Source: Pseudomonadota bacterium
GTDB lineage: Bacteria; Pseudomonadota; Alphaproteobacteria; Sphingomonadales; Sphingomonadaceae
Direction: 5' to 3'
NCBI GenBank assembly: GCA_023390415.1
Contig: JAEWCW010000212.1
Span: 13,751 to 77,750, forward strand
DNA: 64,000 nucleotides
The notes under the pieces are model-generated. The model made no database searches and was not told where the DNA came from. It was given only the letters and a program-made list of their open reading frames with translations. The first letter of the stretch is position 1, and the number at the start of each line of letters is the position of its first letter. Position numbers and translations under genes: made by a program. This document shows, in pieces, positions 29,254 to 37,895 of the stretch.

Positions 29254-29570
29254 CCATGCGGAGGCCCGAATCCCGATCGCTGTCCCCATCGTCGACCTCA
29301 ACAGATTGAAAAGGCAAGAAAACGGCGCCTCCGAGGCGCCGGGAGAATGCTTCGCGCCTCCGCGCAGGAATGGCAAGGGACTTTAGTTGAAGCGCCGATG
29401 AACTTTCCTGGGGGACCCGCGTTTCGCGCTTTCAGACTTCGTAAACACAGGGCTGGTTACTGGTCTGAGGCATCGGAATCGGCGCAATTCGGGGCTGGAC
29501 AGTCGTGGGGTGCTTCGATATCAGGAAGCGTAAATCAAAAGACCAGACGTTGTTGAAGGGAGAAGCTGAC

Positions 29571-29795
29571 GTGGTTTTCAAGAAAGCGATCACTGCGGTG
29601 TCGGCCGTGGCTCTGCTTGCCACTCCGACCATTGCCGCGGCACAGACCGCGCCTGTCGAGCCGGCGAGTGAGTCCGTCGAGGGCAGCGAGCTCCGCGGCG
29701 GGTTCATCATCCCGCTGATCGCACTCATCGCGATCATCCTCGGCATTCTCGCGGCGACGCACGACGACGACGACGATCTGCCGCACAGCCCGTAA
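29571..29795 (+). CDS. Small (74 aa) protein: signal peptide, acidic linker, LRGG, TM helix, acidic tail
   Basis: GGGAG SD before GTG 29571; MVFKKAITAVSAVALLATPTIAAA-QTAPVEPASESVEGSELRGG-FIIPLIALIAIILGILAA-THDDDDDLPHSP; has its own terminator. Confidence 0.75.
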   Translation: MVFKKAITAVSAVALLATPTIAAAQTAPVEPASESVEGSELRGGFIIPLIALIAIILGILAATHDDDDDLPHSP

Positions 29796-29829
29796 GGGCA
29801 TAGCGGACAGGATTGTCAGCTAAGGATTG

Positions 29830-29865
29830 ACGGCCGGGTGAGACTTCTCATCCGGCCGTTTTCTT
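29830..29865 (+). terminator. Intrinsic terminator after the small protein gene
   Basis: ACGGCCGGGTGAG-ACTT-CTCATCCGGCCGT followed by TTTCTT. Confidence 0.8.
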
Positions 29866-29911
29866 GTCCGCCGGCGGTGATGCCGGCCTGTGGGATCGAG
29901 CGGGACACGGC

Positions 29912-30877
29912 GTGCGCAAGGCCTTCGCCTTCTTCCTGACCCTCCTTGCCGCCACCCCCGCCATGGCGGCGCAGACGGCGCCCGTGACTGCTGCCGGAGA
30001 CGGCAGCTATCTTCGCGAGACCGACTATCGGGTTCAGGCGATCGTCTATCGCCTCGGCGCCGCAGGCCGCGCCCTGTGCAGTGAGACCCTGCCGCTGAGC
30101 GGCCTCGCCTTCCACCACCTCGCCGAATATGGCGCCGCCGACCGGGCGCGCGCAATCGCCGACTACGGCATCGACCGGGGCCCCGGAATCCTTTCGGTCA
30201 TCGAAGGCAGCCCGGCCGCACGCGCCGGCCTGCGCGCTGGCGACGTGCTCACCGCGGTCAACGGCACGCCACTGCCGGATCCGGCGACCATCGCAGCAGC
30301 GGCAGACTGGCGACCCCTCACCGTCGCCACCGAGAGCGGAATCGAGGACCAGCTCCGGCTCGGGCCCGCGCGGCTGGATCTGCTTCGGGCCGGCCAGCCG
30401 CTGACGGTGACGCTCGTGGCGGAGCCCGGCTGCCCGGCGCGCGGCCGGCTCGCCCGGTCGAACCAGGCCAATGCCTTTGCCGACGGCCGCTACGCGATCA
30501 TGACCACGCGCTTCCTCGGCTTCTTCAGGAACGACGGGGAACTGGCCGTCGCCATGGCCCATGAGCTCGCCCACAATATCCTGCGCCACCCGCAACAGCT
30601 CGAGGCGCAGGGCGTGCCCCACGGCATGATGCGCCATCTCGGCCGCAACGCGCGGCTGGTGCGGGCCACCGAGATCGAAGCCGACCGGCTGTCGGTGCGC
30701 CTGCTCGCCGCCGCCGGCTATGATCTCGATTCGATCATGCCCTTCTGGGAGCGCGTCCACGGCCGAAGCGATTCGGTGCTCTACCTGATCAGCGCCCACC
30801 CGAGCCTGTCGGCGCGGCGGCGGGTGATCGAGGCGGAGATCGCGGCGGTTCGTGCGGCCGCAGCGGCCCGGCCTTGA
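29912..30877 (+). CDS. Exported PDZ-domain M48-like zinc metallopeptidase
   Basis: Signal peptide; PDZ V.EGSPAARAGLRAGDVLTAVNG; NAFADG, LAVAMAHELAHN (HExxH), EIEADRL, HPS..AR. Confidence 0.85.
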   Translation: MRKAFAFFLTLLAATPAMAAQTAPVTAAGDGSYLRETDYRVQAIVYRLGAAGRALCSETLPLSGLAFHHLAEYGAADRARAIADYGIDRGPGILSVIEGSPAARAGLRAGDVLTAVNGTPLPDPATIAAAADWRPLTVATESGIEDQLRLGPARLDLLRAGQPLTVTLVAEPGCPARGRLARSNQANAFADGRYAIMTTRFLGFFRNDGELAVAMAHELAHNILRHPQQLEAQGVPHGMMRHLGRNARLVRATEIEADRLSVRLLAAAGYDLDSIMPFWERVHGRSDSVLYLISAHPSLSARRRVIEAEIAAVRAAAAARP

Positions 30878-31065
30878 TCCTCGCCGCAATCGTCTTCGTG
30901 ATGGCGGCGGTCTCGGGCTTCCTGGCCTTCCGCCTGGGCCGGGCGCGCGATGGCGCGAAGCCGGTCAGTCCGGGCCTCGCCCGGCTCGCCTTCATCCTTG
31001 CTTATGCCTGGCTGATGCTGTCCGCCCTGCTCTTCGCTTGGGCGACCTATCGCGCGACGCGCTGA
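30874..31065 (+). CDS. Small two-TM membrane protein
   Basis: TTGA overlap with the peptidase stop; two hydrophobic helices. Confidence 0.55.
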   Translation: MILAAIVFVMAAVSGFLAFRLGRARDGAKPVSPGLARLAFILAYAWLMLSALLFAWATYRATR

Positions 31066-31394
31066 GCCCGCTCGATCAGGGCGGCGAGGCCGAGGACGAG
31101 GCCCGCCGACAAGCTGTCGGCGATCCAATCGACGATGTCGCCGTCGCGATGGAGGCTGGGCACCAGCTGCACGATCTCGATCAGCGCGCCGAACAACGAC
31201 AGGCCGGCGAGCAGGACCAGCTTGTTCGTCCGCCGATAGGCCAGTGAGGCAAGCGCCGCGAGTACCGCAAAGGCGATGATGTGGAGGATCTTGTCGGGCG
31301 GATCGCCGGGCACGCGCGGCGGCTGCGGGAGCGCCGCCATGACGAATGCGAACAGGGTAGCCGCCCAGAAGGCGAGGCGGAGAAGACGCGTCAT
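31047..31394 (-). CDS. VanZ-like membrane protein
   Basis: DKILHIIAFAVL, GALIEIVQ..R.GD..DWIAD. Confidence 0.75.
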   Translation of the reverse strand: MTRLLRLAFWAATLFAFVMAALPQPPRVPGDPPDKILHIIAFAVLAALASLAYRRTNKLVLLAGLSLFGALIEIVQLVPSLHRDGDIVDWIADSLSAGLVLGLAALIERAQRVAR

Positions 31395-31417
31395 CCGCCT
31401 GTTGCTAGCCGCTGCGC

Positions 31418-32533
31418 CTATTCGGCGGCAACTGCATCGACGCTGTGGCTCCGCCGGCGAAGGTCGGCGACGCAGCGGCCAGCGCTGCGGCCGTCCCAGA
31501 GCGCGGGGATCCGCCCGGTTCGACCCGCGGCGAGCGCCTCGGCCAGCGCCGCGTCGAGCGTCTCGGGGTCGACCAGACGGTTGGTCCCCTGGCTGACGGT
31601 GATCGGGCGCTCGGTGGTCCGGCGCAGCGTGAGGCAGGGGATGCCGAGATAGGTCGTCTCTTCCTGGATCCCGCCGCTGTCGGTGATCGCCGCCGCTGCG
31701 CCAACGACCAGGCTCATGAAATCGACATAGGGAAGCGGCGGGAGCAGCCTGACCCCGGCCGCGGCCAAGCGCGCGTCGAGGCCGGAGCTGGCGAGCCTGG
31801 CCGAAGTGCGGGGGTGGACCGGAAAGACCAAAGGCAGCCGGCTTTGCAGGCGCTCGAGCGCCGCAACGAGACGACCGAGCTCGGCCGAATCGTCGACGTT
31901 GGAAGGGCGGTGGAGCGTGACGACGCCGTAGCCGCCGGGCGCCAGGCCGTGGCGGGCGGGCGCGCCGGCCGCCTCGATCGCCGGGCGGACCAGCTCGAAG
32001 CTGTCGATCATGATGTTGCCGACGCGAGTGATCCGTGCCGGATCGACGCCCTCGGCGAGGAGATTGGCGTCGGCGTCGGGCGACGGAGTCCAGAGCGCGT
32101 CCGCGAGCGCATCGGTCACGATGCGGTTGACCTCTTCGGGCATCGCCCGGTCGCAGCTCCTGAGGCCGGCCTCGAGATGGACGAGCGGGATTTGGAGCTT
32201 GGCCGCGACCATCGCGCAGGCGGCTGTGGAATTGACGTCGCCGGCCACGATCAGCCAGTCGGGCCGCGCCGCCATCGCCACCTTCTCATAGGCGATCATA
32301 ACCCCTCCGGTCTGCTCGGCATGGGTGCCGGAGCCGACTCCGAGATGATGATCGGGCGCCGGAAGCCGAAGGTCCGCGAAGAAGGCGTCGGACATGTTGG
32401 CGTCGTAATGCTGGCCGGAGTGAATCAGCACCGGCGCGAAATCGAGCGCGGCCTGGAGGGCGTGCCAGAGCGGCGCCACCTTCATGAAATTGGGCCGCGC
32501 CGCGGCGACGAGATGGACGGTCCGGACGGTCAT
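31418..32533 (-). CDS. wecB: UDP-N-acetylglucosamine 2-epimerase, non-hydrolysing (WecB/WbpI family)
   Basis: ARPNFMK, GQHYD, GDVNST, HLEAGLRS, MPEEVNR, TLHRPSNVD, TDSGGIQEE. Confidence 0.92.
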   Translation of the reverse strand: MTVRTVHLVAAARPNFMKVAPLWHALQAALDFAPVLIHSGQHYDANMSDAFFADLRLPAPDHHLGVGSGTHAEQTGGVMIAYEKVAMAARPDWLIVAGDVNSTAACAMVAAKLQIPLVHLEAGLRSCDRAMPEEVNRIVTDALADALWTPSPDADANLLAEGVDPARITRVGNIMIDSFELVRPAIEAAGAPARHGLAPGGYGVVTLHRPSNVDDSAELGRLVAALERLQSRLPLVFPVHPRTSARLASSGLDARLAAAGVRLLPPLPYVDFMSLVVGAAAAITDSGGIQEETTYLGIPCLTLRRTTERPITVSQGTNRLVDPETLDAALAEALAAGRTGRIPALWDGRSAGRCVADLRRRSHSVDAVAAE

Positions 32534-32559
32534 CGCCGCCGGCTATAAAGAAGGACCCG

Positions 32560-33372
32560 TTAAAGCTTCGTCCTCAGCGACCAAAGCTCCGGAAAGGCGC
32601 GCTTGCCGAGGGTCGACCGGAGATAGGGGACGCCGGGTGTCCCACCGGTGCCGCGCTTGAAGCCGATGATGCGCTCGACGGTGATCACATGCTTGTGGCG
32701 CCAGGTGGCGAGCGCGTCGTCGAGATCGACCAGCTTCTCGGCGAGCTGGTAGAGCGGCCAATGCGCCTCTGCGTCGCGATAGACGATCGACCAGGCGTCC
32801 TCGACCGCCTCGCTCGGACGATAAGGCTGGGTCCAGTCCCGCTCCAGCACCTCGTCCGGAAGGGTGAAGCCGGCGCGGGCGAGGGCGCGATTGGCCTCGT
32901 CCCACAGGCTCGGCTCGGAGAGGGCGGCGGAGAGCGCCTCGTGCGGCGGGCTGCCCGGCTGGTGATAGGAGAGGAAACCGGCCTCTTTGACGCCGAGCAG
33001 ATATTCGATCTCGCGGAACTGGGCGGACTGGAAGCCCGAGGAGCCGCCGAGGACTCCGCGAAACTGGAGATAGTCGGTCGGGGTCAGCGTCGAGAGCACG
33101 TCCCAGCTCAAGGTCAGCACTGCCTGGATCCGCGAGACTCGGGAAAGGATCTTGTGGACCTCGATCAGCCGGTCCGACCGGACCAGCTCGCGGGCGAGCT
33201 TGAGCTCGCGCACGGTCTGCTTCAGCCAGAGCTCCTTCGCCTGGTGGATGACGATGAACAGCATCTCGTCATGGTGGTCCGAGATCGGATGCTGGGCGGA
33301 AAGGAGCGAATCGAGGGCCAGATACTGGCCGTAGGTCATGTCCTTGGCGTCGTCGCTCACGTCGTCAGCCAT
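32560..33372 (-). CDS. kynA: Tryptophan 2,3-dioxygenase
   Basis: MTYGQYL, HDEMLFIVIHQ..ELW.K, SSGFQS.QFR, VERIIGFKRGTGGT.GV.YL, FPELW. Confidence 0.93.
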   Translation of the reverse strand: MADDVSDDAKDMTYGQYLALDSLLSAQHPISDHHDEMLFIVIHQAKELWLKQTVRELKLARELVRSDRLIEVHKILSRVSRIQAVLTLSWDVLSTLTPTDYLQFRGVLGGSSGFQSAQFREIEYLLGVKEAGFLSYHQPGSPPHEALSAALSEPSLWDEANRALARAGFTLPDEVLERDWTQPYRPSEAVEDAWSIVYRDAEAHWPLYQLAEKLVDLDDALATWRHKHVITVERIIGFKRGTGGTPGVPYLRSTLGKRAFPELWSLRTKL

Positions 33373-33838
33373 GGGTTGCGAAGACCGCGCGGCGGCCGCC
33401 GGCGCCGCCGAAGGCGAAGACCTGATAGCGCTGCCGCTCGTTGTGACCGACGTCCATGCCGGGCGAGCCGAGCGGCATTCCAGGGACCGCAAGCCCGCGG
33501 AAGGGACGAGGCCGCGCCGCGACCAGGCGCTGGATGTCGGCAGGCGGGACATGGCCTTCGACGACCACGCCGTGGATCAGCGCGGTGTGGCAGGATTGCA
33601 GGTCCTGGGGAACGCCGTGGCTGCGCTTCAGCGCCTGCATGTCGGCGGTGGGGATGACCTGGAGCCGTCCGCGGAAGGCGGCCTCGACGCGCTCGCCCCA
33701 ATGGGCGCAGCAGCCGCAGCTCGGATCCTTCCACATCACCAACGGCCCGCGCGCCTGGGCGAGCGCGGCACCCGGGAGCGCGAGTCCGGCGAGGCCCGCG
33801 CCGGTGCCGGCGAGGAAGGTGCGCCGATCGATCTTCAT
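33365..33838 (-). CDS. DUF411/CopG-like periplasmic metal-binding protein with Tat signal
   Basis: DRRTFL Tat motif; KDPSCGCC..W, SCHTA, EGHVP, GLAVPGMPLGSPGM. Confidence 0.88.
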   Translation of the reverse strand: MKIDRRTFLAGTGAGLAGLALPGAALAQARGPLVMWKDPSCGCCAHWGERVEAAFRGRLQVIPTADMQALKRSHGVPQDLQSCHTALIHGVVVEGHVPPADIQRLVAARPRPFRGLAVPGMPLGSPGMDVGHNERQRYQVFAFGGAGGRRAVFATHG

Positions 33839-33848
33839 CGAAATTCTC

Positions 33849-35936
33849 CTAGACGCGTTCGGCGGTCGAGACGACGTCGGTCGCGCGCAGGGCCGCCAGG
33901 ATGCGCATCAGATGCTGCACGTCATGCACCTCGATGTCGAGGTGGAAGGTGTGGAAGGAGCCGTCGCGGGCCGTCTGATCCATCGAGACGATATTGGCGC
34001 CGTGCGCACCGAGGATTCCGGCGACGACGGCGAGGCTTCCAGGCTCGTTCTTGATCACCAGGCAGAGGCGCGCCGTGCCGCCGTCCGATTCGTCGCCCCA
34101 GGCGAGATCGACCCAGTCCGCATCGACTCCGTCGGCGAGCTGGTCGCACCCGATCGTGTGGACCTCGATCCCCTCCCCCTCGCGGCGCAGGCCGACGATC
34201 CGGTCCCCCGGAATCGGGTGGCAGCATTCAGCGAGCTGGAAGGCGACCCCGGGCGTGAGGCCCTTGATCGAGATCGCCCGGCGCTGCGGCGGGGCCTTGA
34301 CCCCCGCCTTGCCGGCCGAGCCGGGCATCAAAGCCTCCATCACGGCGACATCGTCGATCCGCTTGAGGGCGATCGCCTCCATCAGGCTGTCATCGTCGGG
34401 CACGTGGAGGCGCTTCAAGGCCTCCGCCATCGCCTCCCAGCCGAGCTGGACGGGAAGGCGCTGGACGATCTCGTCGAAAATCTTGCGGCCGAGCGCGATC
34501 GTCTCCTCGCGCTCCTTCGACTTGACGAAGCGGCGGATCTTGGCGCGCGCCTTGCCGGTCACGACAAAGCTCAGCCAGGCCGGCTGCGGATGCTGGGCCT
34601 TGGAGACGAGGATCTCGACCTGGTCGCCATTGTCGAGCGGCGTCCGCAGAGGCATCACGCGGCCGTTGATCTTGGCGCCGACCGTCTGGTCGCCGAGATC
34701 GGTGTGAACCGCATAAGCGAAGTCCACCGGGGTCGCGCCCTTGGGAAGCTGGATCAGCTCGCCCTTCGGCGTGAAGGCGAAGATCCGGTCCTGGTACATC
34801 GCCATCCGGGTGTGCTCGAGCAGCTCCTCGGCACTTCCGGCATGTTCGAGAATCTCGACAAGATCATTGATCCAGGGATGCTCCGCCTCCGCGGCTTCCT
34901 GGCCTTCCTTATAGGCCCAGTGGGCGGCAAGGCCGTGCTCGGCCTTGGCGTGCATGTCCGCGGTGCGGATCTGGATCTCGATCCGCATCTGCTCGTCGTG
35001 GATGACGGTCGTGTGAAGCGACTGATAGCCGTTGCGCTTCGGAGTCGAGATGAAGTCCTTGAACCGGCCAGGGACGACCGGCCAGCGCTGGTGGATGAGG
35101 CCCAGCGTGCGATAGCATTCCTCGACCGAGCCGACGATCGCACGGAACGCCATCACGTCGGACAGTTGCTCGAAGCTGACATGGCGCTCGGCCATCTTGC
35201 GCCAGATCGAATAGGGATGCTTCTCCCGGCCCTGGACCTCGGCCTCTACGCCGTTCGCCTCGAGATGCGCCTTGATGCCCCGGGCGATGCGCTCGATCAG
35301 TCCGCCCTCGCCCTTGTGGAGCTGCTCGAGCCGCTTCGAGACCGAGGCATAGGCGTCCGGCTCGAGCTCGCGGAAAGCCAGCGTCTGCATCTCGGTCATG
35401 AACTCGTACATGCCGATCCGCTCGGCGAGCGGCGCGTAGATATCCATCGTCTCGCGCGCGATTCGGCGGCGCTTCTCCGGGTTCTGGATGAAGTGGAGCG
35501 TGCGCATGTTGTGCAGGCGATCGGCGAGCTTGACGAGGAGCACGCGGATATCGCCGGACATTGCGAGCAGGAACTTGCGCAGATTTTCCGCCGCGCGCTG
35601 GCTCTCGCTCTGCGCCTCGATTCGGCTGAGCTTGGTGACCCCGTCGACCAGCCGCGCGACATTGGGACCGAACCGGTCCTCGATCTCGTCATGGGTGGCG
35701 ACCGTGTCCTCGATCGTGTCGTGGAGGATCGCGGTGACGATCGTCTCGTCGTCGAGCCGGAGATCGGTGAGGATTCCGGCGACTTCGATCGGGTGGGAAT
35801 AATAAGGATCGCCCGATGCCCGCTTCTGCGATCCATGCGCCTTCATCGAGAACACGTAGGCGCGGTTGATCAGCGCCTCGTCCGCATCCGGGTCGTACGC
35901 CTTGACCTTTTCTATGAGTTCATACTGCCTGAGCAC
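33849..35936 (-). CDS. spoT: Bifunctional (p)ppGpp synthetase/hydrolase
   Basis: LRQYELIEKV, HGSQKRASGDPY, LHDTIED, KLADRLHNMRTL, GREK, NGYQSLHT, TGS and ACT domains. GTG start at 35936. Confidence 0.95.
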   Translation of the reverse strand: MLRQYELIEKVKAYDPDADEALINRAYVFSMKAHGSQKRASGDPYYSHPIEVAGILTDLRLDDETIVTAILHDTIEDTVATHDEIEDRFGPNVARLVDGVTKLSRIEAQSESQRAAENLRKFLLAMSGDIRVLLVKLADRLHNMRTLHFIQNPEKRRRIARETMDIYAPLAERIGMYEFMTEMQTLAFRELEPDAYASVSKRLEQLHKGEGGLIERIARGIKAHLEANGVEAEVQGREKHPYSIWRKMAERHVSFEQLSDVMAFRAIVGSVEECYRTLGLIHQRWPVVPGRFKDFISTPKRNGYQSLHTTVIHDEQMRIEIQIRTADMHAKAEHGLAAHWAYKEGQEAAEAEHPWINDLVEILEHAGSAEELLEHTRMAMYQDRIFAFTPKGELIQLPKGATPVDFAYAVHTDLGDQTVGAKINGRVMPLRTPLDNGDQVEILVSKAQHPQPAWLSFVVTGKARAKIRRFVKSKEREETIALGRKIFDEIVQRLPVQLGWEAMAEALKRLHVPDDDSLMEAIALKRIDDVAVMEALMPGSAGKAGVKAPPQRRAISIKGLTPGVAFQLAECCHPIPGDRIVGLRREGEGIEVHTIGCDQLADGVDADWVDLAWGDESDGGTARLCLVIKNEPGSLAVVAGILGAHGANIVSMDQTARDGSFHTFHLDIEVHDVQHLMRILAALRATDVVSTAERV

Positions 35937-35993
35937 CGCACCACCATGTGGTGCGGCGCTCCGGTGTTGCAAAGCAAAAAGTGGCGGATGGGC

Positions 35994-36314
35994 TCAGCGC
36001 GCGCGCCGGTTGCACACCTCGAGCGCGTCTGCGTCGAAGGATCGACCCCCGGCGCTGAAGCTGGCGAGCTGACCGACCTCGCGGGCGAGCACCGAGCAGA
36101 TGATCTCGGGCCGGGTGGAGCCGCGGGCGGCGGCGCAGCCCGAATCTCCGCAGCGGAAGATGGTGTCGCGCACCACCAGCCGGGCTTCGGCCGCGGGCGC
36201 TATCGGCTGGGCACGGAAGTGGACTTGGCTCGCCATCGCGGGGCCGGCGGCGGCGGCGAATGCGACGGCGGCGAAAATGGCGGCGAACAGAGTGGAAAGA
36301 AGCTGGCGGGTCAT
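35994..36314 (-). CDS. Small exported four-cysteine protein (resembles the alphaproteobacterial CC_3452-like family)
   Basis: GGAGG SD; signal peptide; FRC...GC..RP.IIC..LAREVG...F..G......L..CN.RA. Confidence 0.75.
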   Translation of the reverse strand: MTRQLLSTLFAAIFAAVAFAAAAGPAMASQVHFRAQPIAPAAEARLVVRDTIFRCGDSGCAAARGSTRPEIICSVLAREVGQLASFSAGGRSFDADALEVCNRRAR

Positions 36315-36334
36315 CGGAAAACCTCCCTTCTTAG

Positions 36335-36379
36335 GTTTCACGATGAAACTTATATGCCGATTCGGTTGCGTTGTGCAAC
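36335..36379. promoter_or_regulatory. Two related palindromic operator-like sites
   Basis: GTTTCA-CGA-TGAAAC (36335-36349) and GTTGCG-TTG-TGCAAC (36365-36379), 30 bp apart, between divergent genes. Confidence 0.6.
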
Positions 36380-36430
36380 GGAAAAATGCATGGTGGCGCC
36401 AGCACCGAAACAAGTTAGGGTTTGCGGGTC

Positions 36431-36910
36431 GTGGTGAATGCCGAGAAGATGAAGGCGATCTACGCCGAATGCGGGATTTCCGCCGCATTGGAGGTGGTCG
36501 GCGAGCGCTGGTCCTTCCTGATCCTGCGCGGCGCCTTCAACGGCCTTCGCCATTTCGAGGAGTTCCAGCAGACGCTGGGGATCGCCCGCAACATCCTGTC
36601 GAACCGGCTCGGCCGTCTGGTCGAGCACGACATATTGATGCGGCAGGCCGATGCGGCCGACCGACGCAAGATCGTCTACCGGCTGACCGAGAAAGGGCGC
36701 GCTCTGCTACCCGTGCTGATCGCGCTCCGCCAGTGGGGCGAGCACTGGGTGTCCCACGTCCCCTCCAACCCCGTCCTGGTCGAGCGCCGCACCGGCCAGC
36801 CGATCGAGCAGATCGCTGTCCGTTCCGCGGACGGTCATCCGCTCAGCCTCACCGACCTCGACTGGATCGACGCGGCCGAGCTCCGCGCCAGGGATGAAGC
36901 GGCCGCCTAA
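36431..36910 (+). CDS. HxlR/DUF24 winged-helix transcriptional regulator
   Basis: CGISAALEVVGERWSFLILR, F..FQ..LGIARNILSNRL, YRLTEKGRAL.PVL.AL.QWG. Start is uncertain (36422-36449). Confidence 0.9.
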   Translation: MVNAEKMKAIYAECGISAALEVVGERWSFLILRGAFNGLRHFEEFQQTLGIARNILSNRLGRLVEHDILMRQADAADRRKIVYRLTEKGRALLPVLIALRQWGEHWVSHVPSNPVLVERRTGQPIEQIAVRSADGHPLSLTDLDWIDAAELRARDEAAA

Positions 36911-37467
36911 GCGCGCGGCTTCAGAGCAAGCGGCAGATCGTCGAACAGGCTCGTCTCGCCCGGGCGGCGCGCACGCTCGATCTCCAGGATCTTGAGCTTG
37001 GTCATCGCACCGCCGGGCGCCGAGAAGCCGCCGCTCTTGCCGCCGGCGGCGAGGATCCGGTGGCAGGGAATGACGATCGGCACGGGATTGCGCCCGAGCG
37101 CGGCGCCGACCGCCTGGGCCGCACCGGGCGATCCGATCGCCTTCGCGACCTCGCCGTAGGTGCGAGTCTCGCCCTGTGGAATGGCCCGCGTGTGTTCGAG
37201 CACCTTGCGGTCAAGCTGGCCGAGGCCGCCGAGATCGACCGGAATCGCCGCGAGATCGACCTGCTGCCCGGCGAGCAGCCGCTGGACGAGATCGATCGCT
37301 GCTTCGACGAAAGGCGGCGGCGCCTCCTCGATCGCGCCCGGAAAACGCGCGCGCAGGCCGGCCACGTCGGCCGGCGGAAGGGCCGCACCTACGACAAGGC
37401 CGCCGCGCCACAGGAGGGCGCAGCGGCCTATCGCCGTCTCGAACCGGACGAAGCCGGGCTTATTCGT
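36907..37467 (-). CDS. ogt: Methylated-DNA-protein-cysteine methyltransferase
   Basis: [31 protein letters not shown]; the homologous-looking N-terminus [12 protein letters not shown] lies upstream of the first canonical start (GTG 37365). Confidence 0.88.
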   Translation of the reverse strand, partial: TNKPGFVRFETAIGRCALLWRGGLVVGAALPPADVAGLRARFPGAIEEAPPPFVEAAIDLVQRLLAGQQVDLAAIPVDLGGLGQLDRKVLEHTRAIPQGETRTYGEVAKAIGSPGAAQAVGAALGRNPVPIVIPCHRILAAGGKSGGFSAPGGAMTKLKILEIERARRPGETSLFDDLPLALKPRA

Positions 37468-37801
37468 AGTCGCCGCCCGTATTGGTGTTGCGCGGCGGGG
37501 CGGCAGCGGTGAGGCGCAGCGCCTCGGCCGAAGCGGAGAGCGAGCCGACCTCGTCCGGCGCGTCGTCCTCGTCGACCTGGACGCGCTGGAGCGACGAGAC
37601 CAGGGCCTCCTCGAGATGCTTCGGCCTGATCGTCTCCTCGGCGATCTCGCGCAGGGCGACGACCGGATTCTTGTCGCGGTCGCGGTCGATGGTCAGCTCC
37701 GCGCCGCCCGACACCTGGCGCGCGCGCTGGGCGGCGAGCAGGACGAGATCGAAACGGTTCGGAATCTTGTCGACGCAATCTTCGACGGTGACGCGGGCCA
37801 T
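37460..37801 (-). CDS. rpoZ: RNA polymerase omega subunit
   Basis: [40 protein letters not shown]. Confidence 0.96.
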   Translation of the reverse strand: MARVTVEDCVDKIPNRFDLVLLAAQRARQVSGGAELTIDRDRDKNPVVALREIAEETIRPKHLEEALVSSLQRVQVDEDDAPDEVGSLSASAEALRLTAAAPPRNTNTGGDYE

Positions 37802-37895
37802 GGTTCGGCTCCCAGGAAAATCAGGACTTTGGGAAAGGCGCGCGCCTACACGCACGCCCCTTTCGAGTCAATGTAAGGACAGTCGGGCGCTGGCG

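Noticed and set aside
29759..29777. GAC trinucleotide run
   Set aside because: Encodes the poly-Asp tail of the small protein; too short to imply phase variation.
33456..36437. 993-aa plus-strand ORF
   Set aside because: Antisense shadow of spoT and its neighbours; high-GC codon bias keeps the opposite frame open; no motifs.
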